Source: the human T2T-CHM13v2.0 reference genome, Homo sapiens
Reading direction: 5' to 3' (one strand)
DNA length: 64,000 bases
NCBI RefSeq assembly: GCF_009914755.1
Contig: NC_060926.1
Shown: piece by piece, positions 11,850-24,448 of the stretch
Layout: each line of letters starts with the position of its first letter
How positions within the stretch are numbered: position 1 is the first letter of the stretch
Translations under genes and position numbers: made by a program
Notes under the pieces: model-generated
What the model saw: the letters and a program-made list of their open reading frames with translations, nothing else
The model's database searches: none
What the model was told of the DNA's origin: nothing

Positions 11850-14800
11850 TAGGAAGAAGCTGGCTGGCTGCCATGTTGGGGCATCTTGACTATCAGATAA
11901 AATACCAATTTTAGACCCTCTACATTGTTCTCTCAAAGACTTTGTAAAGTGGGATGGGTTTTACCCTTGAAAAGATCAGGATGTATTTGAACAGCATCTT
12001 CTTTTTTAGGGCACAGGATTTTCCATTCAAGGTTGTGCTTGTGAAGGGATGAGAGAGCTGTAGAATTCTTTGCAGCCAGAGTTGGACAAAGCCAAATGGC
12101 TAAACTCACTGTTTGCTCATTGGAAAAACCAACAAGTGTGGTTAGTCCTTGCTCTGCTCCTAACTTTCTATCACTAATCAAATCACTTAACTTCTAAGTT
12201 ATTTTCATGTCATATGAAAAAGAGTAAAGGCCACCTTAATCTCTTCTAATCTGTGTAATGTCATCTGAAATAAAGGATGTGAACAAATGCTTAAAATTTC
12301 ATAGTGAAACACAAATATAAGGCAGCATTTTTAATTTACCGCATAGGTGTCTGGGAACCAGAAGGTGGCAGTAAAGAAACAAAGATAATCCATAACTCCA
12401 TGGTAGAGTCTGACTCGAGTATTATTAACTGATTTGTTACCTGTTTTTAGTAAAGAAACAGCAATGTTCTTCATGAAGCTCTAATTTTGTTATCCTTTTT
12501 GAGGGGTTGGGAGGAGTTAAAGTCTTTTAGGATCATTATGGATGTTTGTAGTATTTTGCTTCTTGAGAAGGCAAAGACAGACATCACCTGAAACTCCTAG
12601 CTGTGGCTTATGTGGAACCCAGACCCTGAGGGTGACATCATGGAGAGGTGATACCTTGCTTCTGGGTGTATTCTCATCTCCATGTCATTTTGAATGCCAG
12701 TTTTTCCACTTAAAATTCAATAGTTATTCATTGAGTCATTTGGCAAACTTTTCTTTTATTATATTTCATTATATCCTTCCCGTGTATCTGATGCCATGCC
12801 AGGTGCTGGAGATACAGTGGTGAACTAGACTAGTCCCTGACCTCATGGAGTTTACATTATCTTTGGTACACCGTTTCCCAGAGAGGATTTCTCAGAACCC
12901 CAATCACTTGAGCAGCTGTAAGAAGAAAGGACTCTGTGACCCATAGTTGGAGTCACTGCAAACGTAACCTCTCTTAGTCTCAACACACGTATGTTTATTA
13001 GCATCCTTGAGGAGACCTGCAATGAAAACAAAATTACCTTTGTTTAATCTACTTTTCCGAACTTATTTGATCCCAGGGTCCCCCATCTCTCTCTTACACA
13101 CACATACACATGCACCCACACACACACAATGCCCATTCCATACTGAGGAACCCTGATCCAGTGGAATTTTTCCTATCCTTCTGATCTCTCAGGAGAATAA
13201 GAAATATCGTCTGAAAATCTGGAAATCATTCTGCTTATCTTTCAAGATGGACACATATTTCTTTGTCTACGAAACTTTCCTCAGAGACCACTATTTAATA
13301 GGAATCTATCCCTTTTTCTGCACAAGTATAAGAATTACTAACTCTTCTCATTTTTCATGTGTGTTGTGTAATGCCTAATATTTATGGGTTTGTGTGTGTA
13401 CAGAATCCTGAATAATAGAGACTCAGTGATGGAGTTAACTTTCTTCTTTTTTCCACTAGAGCATAATTTTAGATTCATGAGAAATGTATCATATTTTGTA
13501 TTTTCCATGGTGCCTATCACAGGGCCTCACACTTGACAGGTACCCACGGACAGAATCAAAGACTTGGAAGATTTTTTCAAAGTCACCTTATCTTTCTTTA
13601 TCTCTCTCTCTTTTCCTTTCTTTTCTTTTCCTTTTTTTTTTTCTTTTCTTTCCTTTTGGTACCAGTGAGAAAATTGGGTTTCAGAGAAGTAAAACTATTT
13701 TGCTCATAGGCACTCCATCTTGGCAGAGTCAGACCTGGCATCTCATCTAGTCTCAGGGACTCCCAAGGTAGTGGGGCCTTGCTCTGATTCACATTGCTAG
13801 TTTCTTGTGCCTGATCCAGCACAGGGTCCCTTCTGTTGGAGGAACCCTCCCACTTCCCCCTGTCCCCAGCAGGTAGCCCTCCCTCTCACTATCTGAGGTG
13901 GCTTTCCAGGCAGGGAGCCACTCTGGCAAGTTTTCTTTACACCATTATCAAGAAGCCCAACATCCTAGGAGGGGTCCAGTTTAGTTGTGAGGGCTCTATG
14001 GAGCCCCTGTACGTGGTGGATCATGGGAAGCCACGTTGAAGGTCAGCTTGGTGAATGAGTGAGGGAGTGGGAATGGATGTCTTCAATGTCAGCAGTGTTC
14101 TCCTTTGTGCATTGTAGAATATCAAGGCTAAGGATTCCTCATCATATGGCAGCTTTTGGAGCACAAAATGGTGTTGAATAACACCAGGGATTTCTTTTAT
14201 GGCAGAACAGTGATCAAGCTAACATGGATGTTGTCATGGATGGCTGTAGGGTGAGGATGGGCAGAGAAGGAGCTTCCTCTGTAGTTCAGATATTTACTAT
14301 CTTTTCTCAGGCCACTGTCAGGCAGCCACAGTCACAGGAGCAGCTTTGCACCAACTCTCTCATGCCACCTCAGTTTCATAGAATACTTAGCTTTATGTAA
14401 CAGATGCATATTCACTGAATTTTTCTGAACTGAATCATATTTTAACCTCATAGAAGGATCTTAACTTACTTATGAAAGGAACCTGATGAAGAATCAGCTT
14501 ATAAACCTTCAACTTAACTTTTTAAAAATGTGACTTTCCCTATGACAAACCAACAGTTTATCATAGTTTTAAAGAGTAGCTATTATTCACCTGACTCTGA
14601 GGTAGAGGCTGGGGTTATTAACCAAAGGAAGACAGTTCTCACGTGGAAGGATTCACTGATAATAGATTGGGAGGTTATTCTAAATTCCACAAGCTAAGAG
14701 GGAGTAGCAAACAGCATTGAATAGTTATGTTCTAGATGGGAGTATTCAAACCAAGAAGACTCAGGGGAGGGGGTCTTCCCTACGATCTAGTGGAAGAAGT

Positions 14801-17800
14801 GCGATCAAGCCAGGCTTTGAAAGGTAGAGAGGATTTGGACAGGATTTGGGAATAGCAGCTGGGTTTGGTAGCCACAGAATTCAGTCTTGATTGAGTTTCA
14901 CTTTTCCTGAAAACAAAGGACAGTTCCTCTGAGCCACCTTAAACCTGGTTTCCACTAAGACTCTGATACAACATTCAGGAACACAAAGACCCGATTGCAA
15001 TCCTATTAAGATTTCTTTCATGCTTGTTTAATTATGACATACAGAACAGCAATAATATTAAGTCGAGTTTAATTATTTTTAGGTGAGCCTTTATTTTTCA
15101 ATATATCGGAAAAAAATGGTCCTTTTGGAAACATTCCTTTGAGAACTTCTTCTGAGAGATTAGACATTGCTTCAGACTGCACACTACATACAAGTTGCCT
15201 GGAAAGACTCAGAAGTGTGTAAAGTGATGTCACCATATCTAATACGGTGACCAATGGCAATGGTCATATGAACCCATTGGCATCAGTCATGATGACATAG
15301 TCAGGTTCAGGTCTGGTCAGTGCAGCCCAGTGAAGGGCCAACTTACAGCTGAAGAGAGATTTGGGCTTTTCTTTACTGAGCCCGCCTACCCTTGGCTCAT
15401 GTGCTCCATCCGCTCCATGGGATCTAGAAAGGCAAAAAGCAAATAAAATGGCTCCAGCTTTCCAGGGCTAGTGAGAAAAAGCAGACAGAACAACAAATTA
15501 AGCCAGTGGTTTTAATTTCAGTCAAATTCAAACCAGTGTGTCTTTGGGATGCAAGAGTAACCTGAACCATGTAGGGAATTCTACCAAACTTGATTTAATT
15601 TACTGTCAAAATATAAAGTACAGAAAGAGGAATAAAGAACTTCTAATTCCAGTCAAGATCAAGTAGCCACATTCGTCCCAGGTCCTCCCTCTTACAACTA
15701 AAAATCCCTGGACATAATTCTTATTTTATAAAGGTAGGGTGCTTATCAGCTTATCAAAATTGGCATAGTCACAAAAAACTGTATCTGTTGATGTGAATGA
15801 AAGACCAAAATTTTTATATTTAAAAATTCTAGAAGACTTTTAAGTGGGTAACATTGTCAGTAGTGTTTAATATTTTCTTGCATATGAGAAAAAAAATTTT
15901 TTATACATCCACAGTTGTTTCTTGCTATAAAAAAATTATGGCCTATAATTGTTTCAATTACAAGTCTTTATTGTTAAGCATCTATGTGCTAGACACTGTG
16001 CTAGATTCTAGGGCTACAAAGCTAAAAGATACCAACTCTGAACTCATGCCAATTACTGCCTAGTAGAGAGATAGACATGCAAGGAGGCAGTCAGGAAGGT
16101 TTCCTGATGGAGGTAGAACCTACCCTGGACCTGGAAGCATGGGTGGCATTTGCAAGAGGGTAGGGGTAAAGACATGGCTGCTGAAACCTAGAAATTATTT
16201 CCAAATCTCATTTGTATTATTTTTCCAATGCTTGAACTCCCAACCAATGCTATCTCCTACTTCTTCCAAGGAAATGATAATGGCTAAACCAGAGCAAAGA
16301 AGGAAGAGGAGAAAGGGAGGGTATTTGGAAAATAAGGAGACAGATTCCTGCATCTACAAGATCAGATGCCTATCGGTAGAGGAGGGAGGTAATGCTGTGA
16401 GCCCTCCTTATTGGACTGCTAGGCTCTAAAACTTAGGGGCTTGGTCAGGGTTTGTGGGGGAAGTGACTTTTGGAATTGCCTCTCCCAGTTCCCAGGTTCC
16501 CATTCAGGCATTGACTACAAGGGATAGGAGAACCACTGAGAGGTAGTTTTGTTTTTTTTTTCTGGAAGTTACAGGAAATGAAATTCCCAGATTTTTAGAG
16601 TCTGTGCATTTGTATTTATGACCCCCATTGTTGAAACCATTCTCTCCAACAGGATCCCACAAAACCTGTCTTGAATAATTTCATGATTTTTCCTCTTTAA
16701 AAATTTCATCTCTACACAATTCTACCCATCCCCCACCCTTTGGCATTTCCTGCCAGGCCTGGGAAGCCAAATTCTGGAGGGCTTTGCTGCAAAGGAAACA
16801 AAGGGTGAACTAGAGAATCTCCCTTAGCCAATCTCCCTTGCTGCCCTAGGGAAAATGCAGCATGGAAACATCCTTACAAAGCAACGGGAGACGTTTTTCA
16901 AATGCGTTTGAATCATCTGTGTGAGCACGGGGAGAAGTGAGAAAAGGAGTGTTAACAACGTAGGAGCAAAAGTGTCATTTCAAGGAACTCAACTCTGAAG
17001 AACAGAAACACTAAACCAAAAAAAAAAAAAAAAAAAAACAAAGTAAAAATTAGGCCATTGGTAGATTTTGTTCTAAAGAGACAGCTATGTCAGATTAAAT
17101 CTAAACGAGCTGACAGAGCCGTTGAGGATGGGTCTCTTTCCTGCTAGACCATACTGTCTGCCTGAGGCACCACTACTACTCCGAAGGAGTTGGAGAGTGT
17201 GTGAGCAGGTTTGGTGAGTGCTTTTCGAGAAGAGATTGAGATGCTCAACACAATGAGTTGGTTTGTGGGTCAGGCAGCCACCTGGGAATCAATATGCTCG
17301 CCAGTAACAGATTACAAGCAGAGATAGCCTCAGTAATTTGCAATGGATTTTAGAGAAATGAGATCCGTGGTAGAGGTTACAGGCTTAGTGTTGGCAGAAT
17401 CAGTTATTAATAGAATCAGACTCCAGGGAAGTCCATCTCTTTACTTCTGAAGACCATCTTTGCTTGATAGTGGGCTGGACAGCAATGCCATTTATTCTGA
17501 TCAGCCAATTAACACATCTTTAGTGAGCACCTATGGTGTGCAAATCACTGCAAGATGTGACAAGACTTTTATGGCAGGACCTTTGGTCAAACTAGTTGAG
17601 GGGTAAGCTCTACTCTCTTGTGAAGGAATGCACGGGTGTATGTGTGTGGTGGCGTGTGTCTGTGTAGATGAGCTGGCGGTTCTCTGGCCGGTCAGAGAAA
17701 GATCGTCACTGGTTTCCACGATCAAGCAAGGCTTCATGGAGCAAGACAACTTCACCCAGGTCTTGAAGCATAACAGGATTCATTCTGTGTGATAAAGGAA

Positions 17801-17951
17801 AAGTTGTGGAGTTTGTTAATGCTCATGTGTCCCAGGGGCAGAGAAGGATGTGTTGGCTCTTAATCTAACTGCTGCAGCTTCGTGTAACCTCTTTGCATAT
17901 AAGGAAACCTTACATTTGAATAGGACCTTTGCTTTTAAAAGTGCCCTGACT

Positions 17952-18326
<375 letters not shown>

Positions 18327-18344
18327 CTATGGTTATTCACTCCC

Positions 18345-19125
18345 CCTTTTTTTTTTTCGGAATTTGTTATTGTGGTAAAATACACATAATATAAAACGTG
18401 CCATCTTAACCGTTTTTAAGTGTACAGTTCAGTGGTATTAAATGCATTCATAATGTCCATCCATCACCCCTCTCCATCTCCATGCCTCTTTTCACCTTAC
18501 AACCCTGAAACTCAATACCCATTAAACAGTACCTTCCTATTCCCTCTCCCCACAGCCCTTGGCAACAGCCACTCTGTCAGTCTCAATAATCTTGACTACT
18601 CTAGGTACCTCTTATAAGTGGAATCATACAATAATGTCTTTCTGTGACTAGTATATTTCATTTAGCAGAATGTCCTCAAGGTTCATCCATGATGTAACGT
18701 ATGTCATAATTTCCTTCCTTTTAAAGGCCAAATACTATTCTATCATGTGTATAATATCACATTTCACTTATCATCTATGGATGGACATTTTGACTTCCAC
18801 GTTTTGGCTACTATGAATAATGCTGCTGTGAACATGGTTGTCTGAATATTTCTTTGAGGCCTTACTTTCAATTCTTTTAGCTATATACCTAGAAGTGGGA
18901 TTCCTGGATCATATAGTAATTCTCTTTTTAATTTTTTGAGGAACCGCTATACTGTTTTCCATAATGACTGAACTATTTTACATTCCCATCAACAGTGCAC
19001 CAGGGTTCTGATCTGATTTCTCTATTACTTTGCCCAACACTTATTTCTTTATTTGATAGTAGCCATTCTGATGGGTGTGAGGTAGTATCTCATTATAGTT
19101 TTAATGTGCATTTCCCTAGTGATTT
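18345..19125 (-). mobile_element. L1MB-like 3' end
   Basis: tgtggtaaaatacacataat...aagtggaatcataca...gtgtgaggtagtatctcatt, typical antisense L1 3' end. Confidence 0.85.
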
Positions 19126-19724
19126 GTGGTCACTCATTTTTACAGATAAGAAAACCAAGGCCCAGTCAAGTCTTATAATTTGTTTGCAACAGAACCCAGA
19201 TTGGAATAAAGGTTTCCCAACAGTCTTTGTTGTTCACCATGTATTTCTGTCTCCTTCTCTGTCCTCCTGTCCAAATTCTCCACTTCAAATAGCCTCACCT
19301 CCAAATCCCCTCTTCCCCAATTCCTGTCACACACATGAAAAAGGGTCTGAAGGGGTGTCAGCTCTATTTTACATGAACTCAATGAGGCTGGGATTAAAAA
19401 ATATTAATGTCCCTTAAGCTGGCAAGAGGAGCAGGGTTGATCAGCCTGTTTCTGGAAATGTTTCTGTTTTCTGAAAGCGTAAGAGAGAAAGGAGGAAAAA
19501 GGGGGCATGGGCACAGGAACGATCCAAAATGGGCTGGAGTAGGATGAGGCCCTCACACTTGTCTGTTTAGCCATTGCTTACTGAGCACCTGCTATGTGCC
19601 GTGCCATGGGGCATCATGGGGCGCCATGCTGCCTGCTGAGGAACACAGGTGTGGGGAAAGGTAGGTAGGAGTCCCGGCCTTGTGAACTTGAAGCCTCATG
19701 GGAGCGTAAAACTGCTGGCCTCTA

Positions 19725-19818
19725 CAGAGGTTACAGTGAGCCGAGATCCCGCCACTGCCCTCCAGCCTGGGCCACAGAGTGAAACTCCATCTCAAAAAAA
19801 AAAATTTTTTTAAAAAAA
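19725..19818 (+). mobile_element. Severely 5'-truncated Alu (3' ~70 nt plus tail)
   Basis: gaggttacagtgagccgagatc...ccatctc-A tail; direct repeat ctggcctcta at 19715-19724 and 19825-19834. Confidence 0.85.
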
Positions 19819-20447
19819 GCCCTTCTGGCCTCTATACAGTGCCCAGAACTCAGTGCTTTATTTTCCTTCAGAAACTGTTGGCCTGATCTTCTTTTGTAAA
19901 TTGTGTTTTAATCACAAAGATTATTTATTAATTGTAGAAATTTTGGAAAAGTCACAAGAGGACAAAAAAGAAAATAAGAACAATTCACATGACTACTACT
20001 AACATTTCGATGTGTATCATTCCAGTTTTAGAAAAGTACATGTCTGTTCATACATATATATTTATAACATCAGTATCATACTCTATGTAAACTGTTTCAC
20101 TTAGTAATATAGTAGAGCTATTTTCCTTGTCACTAAATATTCTTCAGCCAAATGATTTCTAGGGTTCTACAGTATCTGAGGGCGTCTCGTAGACATTCTG
20201 CATCGGGGGTTGCAGGTGGCTGGTAAGTGCCTGGCTTCCTCCCAGCTGATGTTAGCAGTGAATGGACCGCATGCTCTGCCCAGTGCTGGCCAGTGATGGT
20301 GCTGCGCTCTCTGCAGCAGAACTGCCTCCTTCTATTTTTATTTCTCTCTGTAACATCAACCTGAGTACAACATGTAAATAACCTATTTGGCATTGACATA
20401 ATGCAAACTAAGACTTAAATGTCTTTAACATTAAATATGTGTGTATA

Positions 20448-21068
20448 CAGCAGGTCTTTGAATAACCTGATTTTGTTCAATGTCATTTCTTTATAACATT
20501 AATGAGAAAAATATCAATTCCTGGCCAGGGCCACTGACTATGTGGAGTTTGTACTTTCTCCCCATGCCTGTATGAGTTTTTTTTCAGGGACTTCGGTTTC
20601 TTGCCAAATCCCAAAGCTATGCACATCGGGAGAATTGGCGTGTCTAAATGGTCCCCATCTGAGTGTGGGTGTGCGTGAGTGTGCCCTGCCATGGGATGGG
20701 GTCCTGTCCAGGGTGGTTCCCCGCTGGCACCCTGAGCTACCAGGAGAGGTTCCACCCACCCATAACCCTGAACTGCAGCAAGTGGGTAAATGATGCTCTT
20801 ACTCATTTTTCTTCATCTTTCTTAAACATATGTATAGCTCACATTTACTTCAGTGCTTAATATTAGAAGTGTTATTTCAGTTTTACTATTCAAAGTGTTC
20901 TAAATAATTTTTCTTAGAAGTCTGATGTTTTTGTAGCCAGAAGTATACTTAGGAACTTAACTCTTCTTTATACCAATTAGCCTATGGTAAAACTGGTTTC
21001 CTTACGTGTCTTTTCACTTGAAGTTGCAGTTTCTAAGAACTTACCAATGACATTGTGAGGACTTCCTG
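20448..21068 (+). mobile_element. MER6A-like Tc1/mariner (Tigger-type) non-autonomous DNA transposon
   Basis: Flanked by TA (20446-47 and 21069-70). Imperfect TIRs cagcaggtctttg / gaggacttcctg. Internal tgtggagtttgtactttctccccatg...ggtttcttgccaaatcccaaag matches recalled MER6. Confidence 0.8.
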
Positions 21069-21155
21069 TACACTGTTTGGCTAGGAGGCATTTTTTTTTT
21101 TACCACTAAGGAATATATTTACCCATTCTCCTAAACTATTTGCTTTTTCTTGTAA

Positions 21156-21641
<486 letters not shown>

Positions 21642-23200
21642 TAGCATTCCAAGGAAGATAACATTTGAAGAAAGGATTTCACTTTGAAAACAGTTTAAAA
21701 CCACTACAGCTCTGACTGGGAGCTGGAGTGAGTCTTGATTTTTTTTTTTAACCTACCCATATTATAATCTAATGTATACAGGTGTCATTTCCTGAAGGTC
21801 TCCATTACAAATGTCCTTTCATTATTAAAATGGGCACATTCCTGAGATTTGGGCAGAAATGGAATTTTGGAAGCAGATTCAAGATTCTGGTATTCTGTCT
21901 CAGTAACATATTTCATTGTTTAGATCACGCACAGAAGTGCCTGCTGATGTGTAAAAGTGTGTGTTTAAACCTTTGACTCACTGCTGACAGATGTAGAGGC
22001 CTGTGATAGAATGTAACTGGGATGTCACACTACTTCATTGATCAGGAGAATTTGCGTCAGAATCTTTTGAGGCACAGTTGGGAGATAACAGGGACTGGGA
22101 AGGAGAGATATGACAAGGCACAGCAAACAGTAACTTAGAATAAAGACAGTATGTGATAAAGAGGAAGGAGAGACGTATTTATTGAGCACCTATTATGTGG
22201 CAAGCCTATCCAAGTTGTTTAAAAGCTGATTTCATCAATCTTACCCAAGTCCCATGGGATGTAGGTATTGTTGCCAGTTCTTTGGGCAGCTAAGGAAACA
22301 GACTCAGGGAGGCTTAACCATTTGGTCACGATCACACGGAGTTAAGTGATAAAGCTGGGATCCCCACCTTTGCCTCCTGGGGGTGAGAAGGGCCACTGTG
22401 GAACAGGGTGGATGCTGGGGCATTGGGGGGCAGGGCACAGTGAGTTTGGGGGCAGGAGGCGTTTGCAGGAACAGACCCCTGATTTAGCGAGTGTAATGAT
22501 GAGTCCTGCTGCTGTTGCAGGCTCATGCTAGGAAGCCGTGAGGAAGACAACCTTGTGAGGAGGTACTGGCTAAGTTGTGGAGTTCTTACTCTGCTAGGCA
22601 AGGAGTTTGCACTTATTCTGGAAGTAAAGGGGGATTCCTTGAAGATATTGTGGGAAATGATGACTTAAATCATAGCCTGACAGCTCTGCGTAGCCTGCAT
22701 TAAAAGGAAAAATGAAAAGCAGAGATACCTGTGAGCAGGCTATTTCAATAGGCCAGGAGTCCAGAGGCAGTGGGGAAGAACTTCTGCAGGAAGCACTGAC
22801 GTGGCCATTCGCTTTCCCCTTTGCATCTGCAAAGGCCTCCTGCTTGTGAAGAAAGCATAGTCCTCCCTTTAGCACTTAGAAACTGTCAATTGTGTAGCCC
22901 CTTACCGATTAGAAACAAGAACTTAAGTTGCTGCTAGTCGCAGCAGGTGATCTACACATTTCTAAGGTGTCATTTGGTCACAGTTCAGTTGGCACATCAT
23001 GATCCAATTTAAGTAAAAAGTTTCATCTTGAAATCTAAAACTAGAGGTCTAAGTTATCTAACCCGGTCACCAAACAAAGCCAGTTTCCTCATGGCTGACG
23101 TCAGATTCTCTCACCTCTCCCCAACGCCCGCCATCTATTGGATTTCAGAATTTACCTTTTTGTGTGTGTGTGTCCAGTTTAGATTCGTGTTGAATTTTGA

Positions 23201-23890
23201 TAGTGGTCTGGTGGTGTTTTCTACAGGGAAAGTCATCTGGGGCCTTTCATAGGGAGCTTCTACATAGTCTATTGAGATGACTCCATTGAAGCAATGGGCT
23301 TTCCCCATATAACCCGAACTTTTTGTCCTAGTGGTCTGAAATACTTCAGACAACCCAGATGATTCCTAATGCTCTGATTTTGAAGACTTTGGTGGGTGGT
23401 AGGTGCAACCTATTCAGCTGTTTGGGTTCACATATGCCCTGTTGACGTGTGGGAAACACAGGATGCAGTAAAGAAGGCACCACGAGTCAAGAAACTGCAG
23501 GTCTAGCTGTGACTTCTGCCACTGATGCTTGCTCTGAGACAGTTATCTGGGCACTGACTTTTCTCATTCATAATAAAAGATGTGGGGAGGACACAGAGAG
23601 GGGAGTTTCAACTACATGACCTATACGATCCCTCCAGAATCTGATTCTAAAGACCTGTGACAATGCAATTCATTGGGAAATACGCATGGTATCACTACAG
23701 GTTTACCTGTTGCTAATGCATGAGTGAGACAAGGACAATGACAAAGTCAGTGAACAGTCCTTCTGTTTAGTGGTCTAGTGGTGTTTTCTACAGGGAAAGT
23801 CACATGGGGCCTTTCGTAGGGAGCTTCTACCTAGTCTATTGAGACAACTCCATTGAAGCAATGGGCTTCACCCATGTAACCCGAATTTTT
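23201..23890 (+). repeat. Local dispersed direct repeat, 2 x 123 bp (23201-23323 and 23768-23890)
   Basis: Hand alignment gives 112/123 identical, ungapped, offset 567 bp. Confidence 0.95.
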
Positions 23891-24127
23891 CAAAGCTCAA
23901 TTCAGCAAATGCTTCTACCTTGATCAAAGCCTCTGTGTTCACAAGGCTGTTATTTTACATCAGGGTTCCAAACTCAAACACATTTTCAATGACTAATGCT
24001 CCTACATCAGAAAATTTACCAGGAGGTTTTATAGCTGTCTGTTTAAAGTACAGCATAGTTTCTAGCACACAGAAGGTTCAATAAATTCTAGCTTCTGTCT
24101 TATCCAGTTAACAGTTTCAATATCATC

Positions 24128-24448
<321 letters not shown>

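Noticed and set aside
17018-17038. Isolated A21 tract as a possible retrocopy tail or poly(A) site
   Set aside because: No recognisable element, TSD or AATAAA upstream; more likely an oligo-dT internal-priming hazard.
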